From Adineta vaga (lineage: Eukaryota > Animalia > Rotifera), in NCBI GenBank assembly GCA_021613535.1, contig CP075493.1:14756001-14820000 (forward strand): DNA of 64,000 nucleotides, given 5' to 3'. The notes beneath the pieces were generated by a model that saw nothing but the letters and a program-made list of their open reading frames with translations, searched no databases and had not been told where the DNA came from. Positions within the stretch are counted from its first letter, which is position 1. Every line of letters begins with the position of its first letter. Shown here piece after piece: positions 37,341 to 56,238 of this stretch. A program made the position numbers and the translations under genes.

Positions 37341-38168
37341 TATGTCTTCCTCCACTACTCAATATATATATATATGTATATGCGTTGACATACAACATCG
37401 AGAGAGGAGATTTTTCCCTTTTTTTCAATTAGAATATTTTTTTCTCGGTATACGCCCATATTTTTGCTATTACAACTGAATCACTTCATCACTGTAATTA
37501 AATAGAAAGAAAGCAGACGATTTTTAATCAAGGTTTTTCTTTTCTAACTAGAAGTTAATTTGCAATCAACATTAACAAAAAATGACGTAATATGGGAGTT
37601 ACCATTGAGAGCAATGATGTGTTTCATTTGGGTAAATAAAAGTAATTAAGTATGTACTTTAAACGCATTTGTCATCTCGAATTTAAAGTGATGTTTGATG
37701 CATATTTTTCTATCAAATTCTTCTAATACGAATAGAAATTATTTTATTAAAAGAAGAAATACAATATAAAACAAAAGATTTCTTATTCATATAAATTGTC
37801 ACTGACTATTGTGATGATTTTTAATGGAAGAAGTCCTAGCACTGATAGCATGACGTTTTTCTTTATTTCTTCTAATCAAGAATCGCCTCTTTTACATACA
37901 AAAACACCCAGCTATGTATGCAACCAGAAGAGTAAAGTGAGATAAGTATATATATATATATCATAAATGAGCGCCATCTAATGAAATGTCTGTTGCTGAA
38001 TGAAGATTTGTTTAATAACCAATGAATGAATTTTGCTCGTTCCATGTTTTGTCTTCTCCGTTTGATCTATTACTCTAATCCAACATTGCTATGTTTGTTG
38101 CCACGCTGTCAAATACATGTCTAGTATAAAACCAGTTTTTTTATGTGAATTCTCAATATGCCAACCGA

Positions 38169-39713
38169 ATGCTACTCATAATTATCTCTCTAATTATTAC
38201 ATTTATTTTTCTTATTTATTGGAAATTAATTCGTCGACAAAAATGTTTGTATAACACATATCGTGAACAAGGTATTTCATGTGAACCATTCAAACCATTA
38301 GTAGGTCAATTACTTGACTTTCGTCATGCCTCTGACAATGATACAATTGTAAATTATCGAATGAAATTAATTGAAAAACATGGTTATGTTTATGGAATTG
38401 GTTTAGGACCATCGATAACTTTAATGATCATGGACGCTGATATGCTTGCTGATATATTTGGTCGAACACATGCTCAAGATTATCGAAAACCAAGTGGAAT
38501 GGATAAATATTTTAAACCATTGATTGGTATACATAATTTATTAGTTAGTGAAGGAGAAGAACATACACGTGCACGAAAAATGTTAAATCCAGCTTTTCAT
38601 TATGTTAAATTACAATCGATGACTAATATTATGATTGATCAAACAAAAAAATCTATTGATGAACTTTTATTACTATCCAATGATAATCAATATCTTGATT
38701 TAGATACTCAATTGAATAATATCACTTTAACAATCATTGCATCAAGTGCATTTGGTAAAGATTTTCAATCAATATCAAATTCCAAACATATTCTACGTGA
38801 ATCAATTAGTCAATTATTGACAATTCTGGAATATCGAGCAATGCGTATGATTGATGATATACCTTTGATTGGTCAATTACCATTTTGGGGTAAAAATACT
38901 TTAAACAAATGTTCAGGAGATATTTCAAATTTTGTTGATCAAATTATTTCTGATCGTCGACATGAAAAATCAACAAGTCTTTCATCTGATGAAGATTTAC
39001 TTGATCTTCTTCTTTCAACAGTTGATAATGAAGGAAAACCATTTGATAATCAAGAAATTAAAGATCAAGCTTTAACATTTGTTCTTGCTGGTCATGAAAC
39101 AACAGGAAGTTTAATGACATGGACTATGTATGTTTTAATGACAAATGAAAAAGTTTTTGAAGCATGTCGAGAAGAAATTGATCAAATACTTCCTAATGGT
39201 ACTGAACTTACACATGAAAATCTCAATGAATTAGTTATTTGTGAAGCTGTTCTTCAAGAAACACTCCGTCTTTATCCACCAGCATCATTTATCGCACGAG
39301 AATGTATTCATGAACATTATATAGGAAAAGAAGGACAACGTCAAATACGTATTCCTGTTGGAGCAAGAATAATGGTTAGTTTACAAGTTCTTCATCAAAG
39401 AGAAGAATATTGGTCTCGACCAAATGAATTTGATTATACGCGATGGATGCGTGATCCTATTACGGGATTAAAACCAAAATTATCTCATCCATTTTGTTAT
39501 TTACCATTTGCAGCTGGACCACGGAATTGTATTGGGCAAAGTTTTGCTTTACTTGAAGCAAAAGTAATCTTAGCAATGCTTATTCAACGATGCAATTTCG
39601 AAATAGAACCAGGTCAAAAAATTGTACCTGTTGTTCGACTTGCTATGCGGTCGAAATATGGATTAAGAGCAAAGGTTACTAAACGCCCTTCTAATCAACA
39701 CCGCGACGTCTAA
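38169..39713 (+). CDS. Cytochrome P450, intronless
   Basis: N-terminal TM anchor, AGHETT, ETLR, PFAAGPRNCIG haem motif. First in-frame ATG at 38169. Confidence 0.95.
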   Translation: MLLIIISLIITFIFLIYWKLIRRQKCLYNTYREQGISCEPFKPLVGQLLDFRHASDNDTIVNYRMKLIEKHGYVYGIGLGPSITLMIMDADMLADIFGRTHAQDYRKPSGMDKYFKPLIGIHNLLVSEGEEHTRARKMLNPAFHYVKLQSMTNIMIDQTKKSIDELLLLSNDNQYLDLDTQLNNITLTIIASSAFGKDFQSISNSKHILRESISQLLTILEYRAMRMIDDIPLIGQLPFWGKNTLNKCSGDISNFVDQIISDRRHEKSTSLSSDEDLLDLLLSTVDNEGKPFDNQEIKDQALTFVLAGHETTGSLMTWTMYVLMTNEKVFEACREEIDQILPNGTELTHENLNELVICEAVLQETLRLYPPASFIARECIHEHYIGKEGQRQIRIPVGARIMVSLQVLHQREEYWSRPNEFDYTRWMRDPITGLKPKLSHPFCYLPFAAGPRNCIGQSFALLEAKVILAMLIQRCNFEIEPGQKIVPVVRLAMRSKYGLRAKVTKRPSNQHRDV

Positions 39714-39896
39714 ATACATTTGAAAGACAGGATTTCGACTTTATTCTTTTTGAAATTACTAAGATTACAATAAAATCAAAATTTTCTCTGGAAGCATTTT
39801 TTCCCTTTACATCATACAAAATATTGCGTAATCACATATTATTTATTCAATCATATAAATCATATTTTCACCGTTGTATTAAAATAAGTAAAAGAG

Positions 39897-40511
39897 ATGT
39901 CTTAAAGTTCTTCATTAATTGATCAATATGAATATATGAATGAAAATGAGATAAATCAATATATAAAATGTATAATTTGTATTCAACCATATCAATTTCC
40001 AGTAAGTTTACCTTGTCGACATACATTTTGTGAAGTTTGTATTAAAAAATGGATACAAACACAATCATCGTGTCCAATTTATCGTTTATCATGTGGTACA
40101 ACTCCTGTGCTAAGACAATTAACAAATGCAAAGATTTATTATCAACTCAATAATTTGCGTGTTTGATGTCTACGATGTAAAATGGATGGAATTCGACGAG
40201 ATCGTTTCGCAAATCATTTTCAACGATGTTCAAGAGGTCATTTTACAAATTGGTGGTATTGGAAAAGAAAATCGAATCATCAATCTCAACGAATACATTC
40301 AACAACAACAACACCAGTTGATCATTCCATTGAAACGGGAAATACAAATGATGAATTGATAGATATTTATCAGGAAAATCAACTACAATCAACAAATTCA
40401 CATGCGAATGTTACTCAAATACCAAACGATACATTTTTATTTAATGTAGCTGTTTTAATGTTTGCTAGTCTCGGTTTTATTATTTGGAAAAATTTAATTC
40501 ATTCTTCATAA
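39897..40511 (+). pseudogene. C3HC4 RING finger gene with C-terminal TM, disrupted
   Basis: CIIC..PCRHTFCEVC..CPIY (last Cys lost); in-frame stops near 39903 and at 40164 (LRV*CLRC). Confidence 0.75.
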
Positions 40512-41182
40512 GTGAAAATAATACTTTATTTTAATAAATATTTTAATTTTAATACTAAGAAAAAAGTTATCACAATTTCTTAAGTCAAAATCCAGAAAGC
40601 AAGGAGTGATGATACGAATGATTTTATTCTTGAGGGTGAGTGTGGGTGAGGTAAAGTTGGGACTGGTCCAATCGGTTAAAATATTTCTAAACCGGCAGAA
40701 TTGTCGGGCGTCTTAAGACGCTCCCTATTTTCTGTGTTTGTAAATAGGTCTACATCATTTATCGGAATAATAGTAACTATCTCTCTATATTTGTCGATAT
40801 ATAAAATTTTATACCAAACGAGTATAGAACGTTTATTTACGAAAATAGAAGTCCTGCAATCGATTCTTGACTATTAACGCAAGATTTTCCATTTGATTCT
40901 ACAAAGTATTTTATACTCTTCTATAAACCATAGTTATTAATTGAATGAGATGTTTAAAAAATATCACTGGGATCAAGTGAAAGCTTAATATCTAGTGGAA
41001 AGCAGCCTTTACAATATAAAATAAATAGTTTCTAAAATAAAACTGTTATTATGGCAATAAAGAACTTAAACGTACAGTTTTACATAAATCATACAAAAAA
41101 TGGTGTATGTAAAAGGATAAAATTTATTTTCTAACTGAAACCCGAGGGGGGAATACGTCAATAAAAAAAATTGTATCAGACC

Positions 41183-41252
41183 GAGGGTGTGGGTGTGGAA
41201 TGAAAGAGAATACAATAAGGACTATTCTCACCCACACTCTCATCCACCTTCA
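41183..41252. repeat. Telomere-like hairpin element
   Basis: GAGGGTGTGGGTGTGG...CTATTCTCACCCACACTCTC. Confidence 0.8.
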
Positions 41253-42002
41253 GGTTGACTTTTATTATATCTTCGTTATACCATTAAAGATGTTCAAGAG
41301 AGAATTTCAAAAAACTGTTCGCCAATATCAAACAAATTAACGAGGTTTTCTGCATTCAAGTCGATAAATGCAATAGTAAACTAATAAATGATTACATATT
41401 TTAACTATCTAAACAGTTGAATTGAAAACTTACTTTTGTGTGCGATTTTGTCATTTTATTTTACTATTCGGACAAATTTCGTTATATAATATCTTCTTAT
41501 TCATATTTATTGGTTAATACATAACTGCAAAAAAGATCTATCGACTACGCTCTTCTCTACCAATTGATGAAAATCAATGTGAAAAGTTTGTTGTTTGTTG
41601 TTTGTTGTTTGTTGAAAATTCATTTTTTCCCACTAAACGAACGACAATCAAAGAAGCAAGAACAAAATCGGTGGAAAATACCTTTGGATTAAACCATGAC
41701 AAGTTCACTCTTGTCCACAGAACAGAAATGTGATTTCGTTTCTCTTACTTTTCAGCATGACTCACGCGCAACGCAGAAGTGATCGGTATTGATACAGCGT
41801 CAAAATCAACAAAAAAAATCGGTTGTTTATTTAGTGGAAAGGGAAATTCGGTTACACAACAATAGCAATGGCATGAATTGCATAACTCTCTTAAACAAGG
41901 GAAAAATCGATGAGATGACGCCTATATAAGAGGACAACAAACTCAGATCTTTCATTGCGAACACAAAAAAACACACTTTTATCAGAAGAGTAACAAAAAA
42001 CA

Positions 42003-42923
42003 ATGTCAAATAACAATGGTCTAATCATCCTGGGAAATACGGGATCTGGCAAATCTTTCATTGGAAATCTTATTCTTGGACAGGATTTCTTCCAACACGA
42101 ATGTAGTGCTTCCTCCGTAACGCATGTAACTGAATTTCAAGACTTCCGAGAAGGATCAAAACATTTTTCGATCTTCAACATTCCTGGCCTCATCGAAGAC
42201 AATCAGGCGGCCGTCGATCAGAATAAAGTCGAAATTCACAAGGCCTTCGAAATGCGACCTATTTCAATTGTCGCTTTTGTATTCAATGGTGGTGCTGGCG
42301 GTCGAATCAAGGAAGAAGACATAGTTGCATTCGAAGCCATCAACAAGGCCTACTCATTCGAGTCCAAGAGTTTGCTCCTAATAGTGAATGATCTGCCATC
42401 GAATCGACCACCACAATACGAAGGAGAGACAACAGTTAAGTTACAGAATCTTCTCAATCTTCCAGATGTCAAAGTGTGCTTTCTCGATCGAATCGATACC
42501 AACAACCAACAAAATCGGCAGGTTTTGCGTCGGAAATTACTGAAAGCTGTCCTAGACCGTATTTCTAAGGTCCATCGAAAGCAACGCGAGATTCAACTCC
42601 GACTCGATCAACTGAAAGAGATGAAAGCAGAATGGAAACGTAAACAAAGTCAGCTTGAAAGTAGTATTACGAATCTTCAAGATCAAGTATCGAGAGCACA
42701 GAATCGCTATGATGACCTACAAAGACAGTTTAACAATTTACAAGAAACTAGACGTGAACCTCTAACGACATACTCCGGTCCAAATAACTATGTGGTACCA
42801 GTACCGATCTATTACCCACCTCCAGCATCCGCGTGGGGAAATACACCAATACTGCCAATGAACCATCCTGGTGCAACGGCGCAAGCAGATCGAATCTGGA
42901 GCAGACTTCAGAATGGAAATTAA
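42003..42923 (+). CDS. AIG1/GIMAP-like P-loop GTPase with coiled-coil and Pro-rich tail, intronless
   Basis: ILGNTGSGKSFIGNLILG, SASSVT, FNIPGL (G3 variant), heptad-rich C-terminus. Confidence 0.85.
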   Translation: MSNNNGLIILGNTGSGKSFIGNLILGQDFFQHECSASSVTHVTEFQDFREGSKHFSIFNIPGLIEDNQAAVDQNKVEIHKAFEMRPISIVAFVFNGGAGGRIKEEDIVAFEAINKAYSFESKSLLLIVNDLPSNRPPQYEGETTVKLQNLLNLPDVKVCFLDRIDTNNQQNRQVLRRKLLKAVLDRISKVHRKQREIQLRLDQLKEMKAEWKRKQSQLESSITNLQDQVSRAQNRYDDLQRQFNNLQETRREPLTTYSGPNNYVVPVPIYYPPPASAWGNTPILPMNHPGATAQADRIWSRLQNGN

Positions 42924-43161
42924 ACACCGCAATCACTTCGATGTAACAAACGACTATAGCTCTTAATCTTGAGTTTTAATTTTGCAAACTGAATAACAAA
43001 ATCATATGTGATAAAAATTCTTGAAATGTGAATTAGAAACTTTCTTATTATTTTCTTCAGCATCTAATAAATACAAACAAGAAGCTAACTCATATTTTTC
43101 ATAAAAATGTTCATTTCATCAGTCGTGACAGATAGTGTTCATACTAGAGATATATGGTTCA

Positions 43162-43220
43162 TGATGGTTGTAGGTGATGATTAAGAGTATAGCCACACAT
43201 GCACACACCGACACCCTCAA
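43162..43220. repeat. Telomere-like hairpin element
   Basis: Shares AGAGTATAGCCACAC...ACCCTCAA with the 48348 copy. Confidence 0.75.
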
Positions 43221-44040
43221 ATCATTTCGACTTACAGTGAAAGAATTTGATTAACTCCATATACCATCTGAGAACTGTTAAAATCAAGATACAAACTTTG
43301 TTTACTGAATAGATCTGAATATCTTAGAGAAAATACGAATAACGTTCTCGAATGTCTATTGAATCTAAAGAATACTCAGTTAAGATTAATAACAAAAGAA
43401 AACTTTTCATCTGAAATAAATCATGCCTATTTTGTATTGTGTGCCATTTTTGTTACTCTTTGTCCTAAACATTCAACAAACATAGCAATTTATAAATAAT
43501 GATTCCAATATACGGTAAAACAAAAGAGAGAAATCTTAGATAAATAGTATGCATTATACTCATTGATTTTACATAACAGATTAATCGAAGATTATCAAAA
43601 TATTTTATTAGATCCATTCATATAAAAAAAATCGATCGTGATTATAGAACATATATAAGTTTCATGACTATTTATTATTACCATACTTTTTTATTATGCA
43701 CTACATACTTTATCCATCTGCATGAATTTATAAACAAAAGCAAATGCGTATTCTTCTCATCAAACAAAACTTCAGAAAAAATGCTTCTCTTCTTCAACTT
43801 ATGGACTACTTTGATGACAGAGAGAAGAGAAGCAATTTCTTTCATTTAACCTTAATATACATATTTATATATACAGAAAGAATAAAAAAAAGTTCTCTAT
43901 TATAGGACGGCGCGTCTTCTAATATGTCCTGGATTTTAATCATCTCGATGACATTTCAAACTGTTGAATAGGAAATAATTACGTTTTGTTATAAATCAAT
44001 ACTATGAAAATTTACTTTACATAGTTTCAACATATTTGAT

Positions 44041-44091
44041 CTTGAGGGTGTGGATGTGGATAATACACTTCTCTCCACACCACATCCTCAA
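44041..44091. repeat. Telomere-like hairpin element
   Basis: CTTGAGGGTGTGGATGTGGA...TCCACACCACATCCTCAA. Confidence 0.85.
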
Positions 44092-44323
44092 TTCATTTCT
44101 AATTGATTAGATATATAAATAATCGCAAAATTTATAAAATTACTTCAAGTAGTATATAGACAACGTAAAGAAACCTTCGTTAACCACATGTTCCCTTCGC
44201 TATAATAAGTCATGATCTTAACGTATCGTATGAATAATATAGTTCTTTTTTCTTTGAAGAACGTAACGATAATGTGAAAAGAATTCATTAGTTTTTAGCA
44301 TAAGACTATATACGTGGTTGATA

Positions 44324-47300
44324 ATGATACGAGAACTTCATCTTCGTTTAAAAAAGTGGATATCAGAACTAAATCTTTTTGAAAAATCTTCAAGTAATGA
44401 ACAAACTCTTGGCAGAGAACGATTTGCTACACGCATTTTTCTCATTTCTTTTCTTTGTCTACTTATTATTATTAGTATTATTTCATCATTAATTCTTCAT
44501 ACAGTCAACAAATCGGAAAGTTCACCATATTTATCAAGATTCGAATATCTTTTAAATAAATATCCAAAGGCATTGAATTGTCCTTGTTCAAAAATTGGAA
44601 TTACTTATTCAACATTTGTTACAATAAATGTCGAATTTCATCAAGTATGTTCAAGTCAATTTATTTTAAAACCATGGATCGAAAGTGTTTTTGCTCAAAG
44701 AAATACATTATTTTCAGAATCTGATGATTTTCATCAAATTTTAAGTTTCTTTTGGCAAATAATTGCAGATTTTTGTACAATTAGCAATCAATCATTGAAT
44801 GCAGCAATAATCAATTTCAATTCATCATTTATACTTACTCCTACAGCTCTCTCAAAAGATGTTATTGAAAATCAAATTTATTCAGATTTAAATATATATA
44901 TTCAATCAATTCAAACAAAACTTGCCCAACATTTATTAGCAGTTCAACGGACCATCGCTGGTAATCAATATGTTTCAGCTTTAACCAATAATTTTTATTT
45001 TGTTTCTTCGACTGAACAAAATTCTCTTCGAATGTCACCAAAACAATGGAATAATTGTTCTTGTATGAGAATTACTGGTTGTCCACATCCAGCTATGATA
45101 AATGAAACTATCATTCCTGGAATGATCATGGATTGTTATTTGATTGATGCAACATTATCATCAACATTAGAATGTTATTATAATCAAACTTGTTTTTCTC
45201 TTTTACATCCATCAATGTCAATGAAATTACTTTCAACGGATAAAAATAAACAATTTTCATTCAATTCAACTATTCAATCTCTTCTAGAAAAACTTATGAT
45301 TGATAATTTAACTATTATTATTCATTTTGATTTATTCTATGATCATTGTAAACCAGTATTTTGTTCGTATTCATATTCTCATCGTTTCGATATCTTGTTT
45401 ATCATTACAACATTGATTAGTAGTTTTGGTGTATTATCATTCATCTTACCATTTATTGTACAATTAATAGTTATGATTATTTTTGGTTGTAAAGGAAATA
45501 ATTCAAATAGATCAGGTAAATATTCTTTCATTTCTGTACTATATATAATAAAGAATTCTTCCATATAGTAAAAGAAATCATCATTAATGAATGTCGATCT
45601 ATATTTGGAAAAATAATTAATATAAACCTTTTTGAAAATGGAATGACAGATGAAAAATATATATATGAGCAACGGTTTACAACTCGACTATTTCTTCTAT
45701 TTTTTATGATCTGTTTTATTATAATTAGTATTATTATAATTTTCTCGAAACAGGAACAATTGATAACGATCTCTGAACCAACTGAAGAAGATTATCAGAA
45801 TTTATATGAAAAATATAATTCAACACTTGTATGTCCATGTTCACAAATCTCTATTCCATATGAAACATTTCTCAATGTTACTTTTCTTCTTCATCAAATC
45901 TGTTCAAGTAATCTTGTTTCAATTCAATGGATCAATTATTTATCATCATTTAATCCAATGAATGTACCCGATTGGATTGTTGAACCTGTAGCAAAAGATT
46001 TTCGAGTATTCGGTACTTCTTACTTTGAATTTCTTCAAATCTTCTGTCTATTAGCAAATCTTACGATTGAAAATACTCAAAAAACCTTTCTAACAACTGA
46101 ATTGATCAGTAAAAATCTTCTTTCACCAGATATTTTTCAACAGAAAACAACAGATCTCATGGACATATTCGTTCGTACTACTCAAAATACTTTTATTGAA
46201 ATCTATCAATGGCTTCAAGTAATTAATACAATTAATCTCTTCATCACTGGGACAAAATCAAATTTTGATGGTTACATTGAAAATAATCAAGTATTGTTAA
46301 TGGATCTATACCTTAATCAGGGTGTCTTTATCAGAGATGGCTATGTAACAGGTGCAGGTGTTGTGTACATGCTCAACAAAGAGAAATTTATGTCCCATTG
46401 GACTTCTTCTCTTTAAAAATGCATCGAATATTGTCAGTGATGCATATTTTTTCCAAGAAATTCCATATGGTTGTATACCTTGGAGAGGATTTACAGGTTC
46501 AACAATTGAATGGTGGTATAATCAAAGTTATATTGATGATATTCAACATACGTATGCTGCAACGATTTCAAATTCACTTTCGCCAATTGTAATCTCACTT
46601 GACCAATCAATAAATTCATCGTTTCATGGGAAAAAAGTGGAATATTTAATCCAAAATATGTTTATTGAAACAATTATAAAAAATAATGCAAATTTTAGCA
46701 CATTTTACAGACAATGTGCACCACAATCTTGTTCATATACAATTATTCAACGTCGACAAGATTTCATTCTTCTTCTCTTTCTTTTAATATCTACAAGTCA
46801 AGGACTTAATCAAATTCTCCGTTTATCTATACCTTTACTTAGTCAATTGATTCTATCTTATCTTCGGAAATTTTTAAGTTCCAATCGAAGTATAGTACGA
46901 ATTTCAACTATTCAACGATTCAAACGATTATTAAAATCCATTCGATATTTTAATTTATTTCGATCAGATAAGAAAAACGCAATCAGTTTAAGCTTACAAC
47001 TAATCTATACACGTGTTTATCTCATTCTTTTTACTATTTGTTTAATAATTTTGATTTTTTACAACTCAATTATCGACCGTACTCGTACAATAGTAACATC
47101 CAATCCAAATTTAGAAGATTATCAACAACTTCTAAAACTTTATCCAGATAATGTTAATTGTCCATGTACACAAATTACTATTCCTTATGCACAAATCATC
47201 ACTGAACTTAACGTTACATCATTTCATCAAGTGTGTACTACTTCATTATTAGGAAACATGGTACAACTAGGTCGATTTTCAGGAAGTACTACTGTTTCTG

Positions 47301-48187
47301 ATGGATTAAAATTTGATTCTTGGAGATATTCATTTCTTAATGGTCTTACTATTCTTTGTAGCTTATCTCAAAACTATGTCAAGAATAATATTGAAATGCT
47401 TCTTTCATCAACAATGTTGGCTTATCAGACTATACCTCGAAATATCTTCCATCAACAAATCAATACTACTATAACTCGTTTTCAAAATGAATTACCAATT
47501 ACATTTAATCAAACACTTGAACTTATTCGAGCAACCAATCATGATAATGCTCTGATTGCATTTTTCCCTTCAAATTGGAATATTTTTGTTGCAGATGATA
47601 ATATTTCATTTCTTACTAGTCCTGTAATATATAACTTGACAGATATGAATACAACATGTTCATGTGCAACTGAACGATCTTGTACAATGCCAGTAATACT
47701 CTATGATTTTGAAAGTAATATGTATGTCAATTTACCTGAAGGTGTGGTGTACAGTTGTACATTAGTTGAAATAATTCTTCATTCATCATTATTTTGTTTC
47801 TATTCAAAAACATGTGTTCTTCGATATCGACAATTATCAGCACAACCACCTCTTCGACCAACATATTTTGATCAAATTACTGCAAATATTTTCAATTCAT
47901 CATTGACCCGTTTCGCAATGAATGACACAATTGAAACGATGGTCTCTTCTATGTTTATCGAATCATGGTCGAGTAATACATCCTATGAAAACTTCTTTGA
48001 AACTTGTTCACCATCTCAATGTATTAGTACTTATCGTTATCGATTTGATATTATTGAAATATTTACTATTTTCTTAAGTATTTATGCTGGTTTGGCTTTA
48101 ATATTAAGATTCTTAATTCCCCATTTATTTACGATTATTAATAAGATTCGGAATTGTAATCGTGTTCAACCATTAAATACTTCTTAA
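44324..48187 (+). CDS. Membrane protein of three tandem ~400-aa TM/Cys-rich ectodomain/TM modules; intron 45516..45568; one frameshift near 46360
   Basis: Each module has NLF..TR.(F/Y)L, CPC..I.I.Y, HQ(V/I)C, C.C and C.P..C. The intron joins modules 1 and 2 in frame. Confidence 0.75.
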
Positions 48188-48347
48188 AAACAATGAACGT
48201 ATGAACATATATGTCAAGAGAACATTTTCTTCTTTTTTTCTTTTTTGTTAAATGTTGTCCAGATAAAGAAACTATATACTCGATGAAAGATTATTGAATA
48301 AAGCAGGGATACATTTTCAAATAGATTCTGTCGAAAAAAGTACATCG

Positions 48348-48400
48348 TGAGGGTGTGAGTGATGGTTGAGAGTATAGCCACACTCACACAAACCCTCAAG
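48348..48400. repeat. Telomere-like hairpin element
   Basis: TGAGGGTGTGAGTG..GAGAGTATAGC..CACTCACACAAACCCTCAAG. Confidence 0.85.
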
Positions 48401-48860
48401 AATGTGTTTATCAAACACGTTTTATTGTGTAAACACAGATATTTTTTGTTTCGATAAAACGAATAAACGAAGTTATATGCATGGATAATTACATCATTTT
48501 GAGGGTGAGGGCGTTCTAGTGCTTTTATTTGTCAACAAATAGCAGCATGGTAGATATGACTCAATACTCTGCCACTATAGTCTGAAAGGTAGTAAAAAAA
48601 AGGCTATTTTACGTGTCAGCAAAATACTTTTTTTTTCTTCCTTCCAATTGTCGTTCACTCGTTAGAAGAGAATATCGTTATTGAAAATAAGAGGAAAGTA
48701 AAAAAAAAACCAAAAGATGTGACCACATGCAAACAAGTCGCGCACTTAAAAAGTGCATTGCATAAAAGAATACAGGTTCACTTATTTTTAACCATTTACA
48801 TATATAAGTAAATGTGTTCTAGAAATATGTAAATTTTTGGTTTTTTTATCTCTCGCAGAC

Positions 48861-54729
<5,869 letters not shown>

Positions 54730-55048
54730 CCTTTGTTTGTAAAATATGATAATTATACTTCCTTTTTGAAATAAAACAAACTGATTCGAACGTGAGTTCG
54801 TTGCATGACAACAACAAGTGAATGTTTACTTGAGAGTGTGTGGGTAACATAACATCTGATAAACGACGATTGTCTATTAGAATAATTTAGGACAATAATT
54901 TGTCTTAGACGAGTCTTAATCTGCGATAAACTTTATTTTAAATACTCGTCGAAAGCAGATAGATAAAAAAGGAAGCTGGCTTAGAGAATGGTGAATAAAA
55001 AGGAAAAAATAAGCGGAGATTCTTAGATTTGTTCATAATAAAATTTCT

Positions 55049-55456
55049 TTAGACACGAAGCTGCTCAGGTTTTAATAAGCCGGATGCGGTCATTTTTGTG
55101 ACATAGTCTTGAATGGCATGTTCTATTGCACCCGTTCGGCTTTTCCACTGTGTACTATCGCCCGTAATGGTTGGACTAAGTGATGGACACCAAAACTTGC
55201 CACTCCATTTCCATTGCCAACGATGAAAACCACCTTTGAACTGTGTATTACATGTTGTTCCAAAAGCTTGTTTCGTGTCGACATCACTCCACGATCCGTA
55301 ATGCTTAAAGACGGCTGTGCCCACTGCAATGCCACATGCAGGCCAGTTTTGCGCTAGACACGAGCTCAAGTTAACATCAAGACAATTAACTTTATGATTG
55401 AAACTTGCATTCAGCAAGATAACAACCACTGCCAAGACATACATGTTGAAATTCAT
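55049..55456 (-). CDS. Anti-lipopolysaccharide factor (ALF/DUF3254)-like secreted peptide
   Basis: Signal peptide; C-x20-C loop CNTQFKGGFHRWQWKWSGKFWCP; ITG.S...SRTGAIEHAIQDYVTK...GLL parallels the ALF pattern WCP..I.G....S.SG......DFV.KA...GLI. Confidence 0.85.
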   Translation of the reverse strand: MNFNMYVLAVVVILLNASFNHKVNCLDVNLSSCLAQNWPACGIAVGTAVFKHYGSWSDVDTKQAFGTTCNTQFKGGFHRWQWKWSGKFWCPSLSPTITGDSTQWKSRTGAIEHAIQDYVTKMTASGLLKPEQLRV

Positions 55457-56238
55457 CGCCTATAACAACTTCTGTCGATGTAAAAAATGCTGAAATGATT
55501 TCGAACGTTTGCATCTATCTTTCTATAGTGACAATTCACGTACTCATATATTTCGTTTACTTGTGAAGAACGAAATATTTACAGAAGAAGTCGGAAGAAG
55601 CACCCCATTAATATGTATTTTATATGCATCTCTTCTTCATTCTCGTTTTTCTTGTTGTGTATATGTCATCTGTCAAGTACTACTTGATTTATGCTATACA
55701 TATGTAAGCAATAGAGCCCTGCGAAGTCGAATGTTTTCATTTCGAAACCTGCTTTTTATTCCTAAGTTTTTTTCTCATTATTGATTTATCTTTCATTATA
55801 ATATTTGTAAAGTTGACGACAATTTATGTATATTTTATGTTATATGATGTATGGAATAAAACTGCATTACAGCATTAGAATCAGAAAACTTTTATTTGTA
55901 TTTTACTGGTATAACTTCGATTTCGAGTCCGGTGGAGTCAGAGTTTGGTTATGGGAGTGGAATGAAAGGCTCTAAATGAGAATATGAATCATATTTGTTT
56001 TTGAAAAACAAAAAATGACATTTCCTTCTTCACAAGAGGGAGTGAGAGTATCGCTTACTCATCTAAACCCATATCCATACCATCATTCATCTTAATTCTA
56101 TTTTGTTTTGCAAGATATTTTATTGAGAATAATGTAAACTTTGTCTTAATATCTCTCATTTATGGACGAAATAAAAATATTTATCAAACTAAATAAAAAA
56201 AACGATTCTAAAAAATGAGCAGTTTTTGGAAGGCGACA

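Noticed and set aside
19315-40166. In-frame TAA/TGA codons as a sign of an alternative genetic code, readthrough or selenocysteine
   Set aside because: Intact genes end at standard stops, most affected genes also carry frameshifts or lost residues, and the stops look like single C>T changes.
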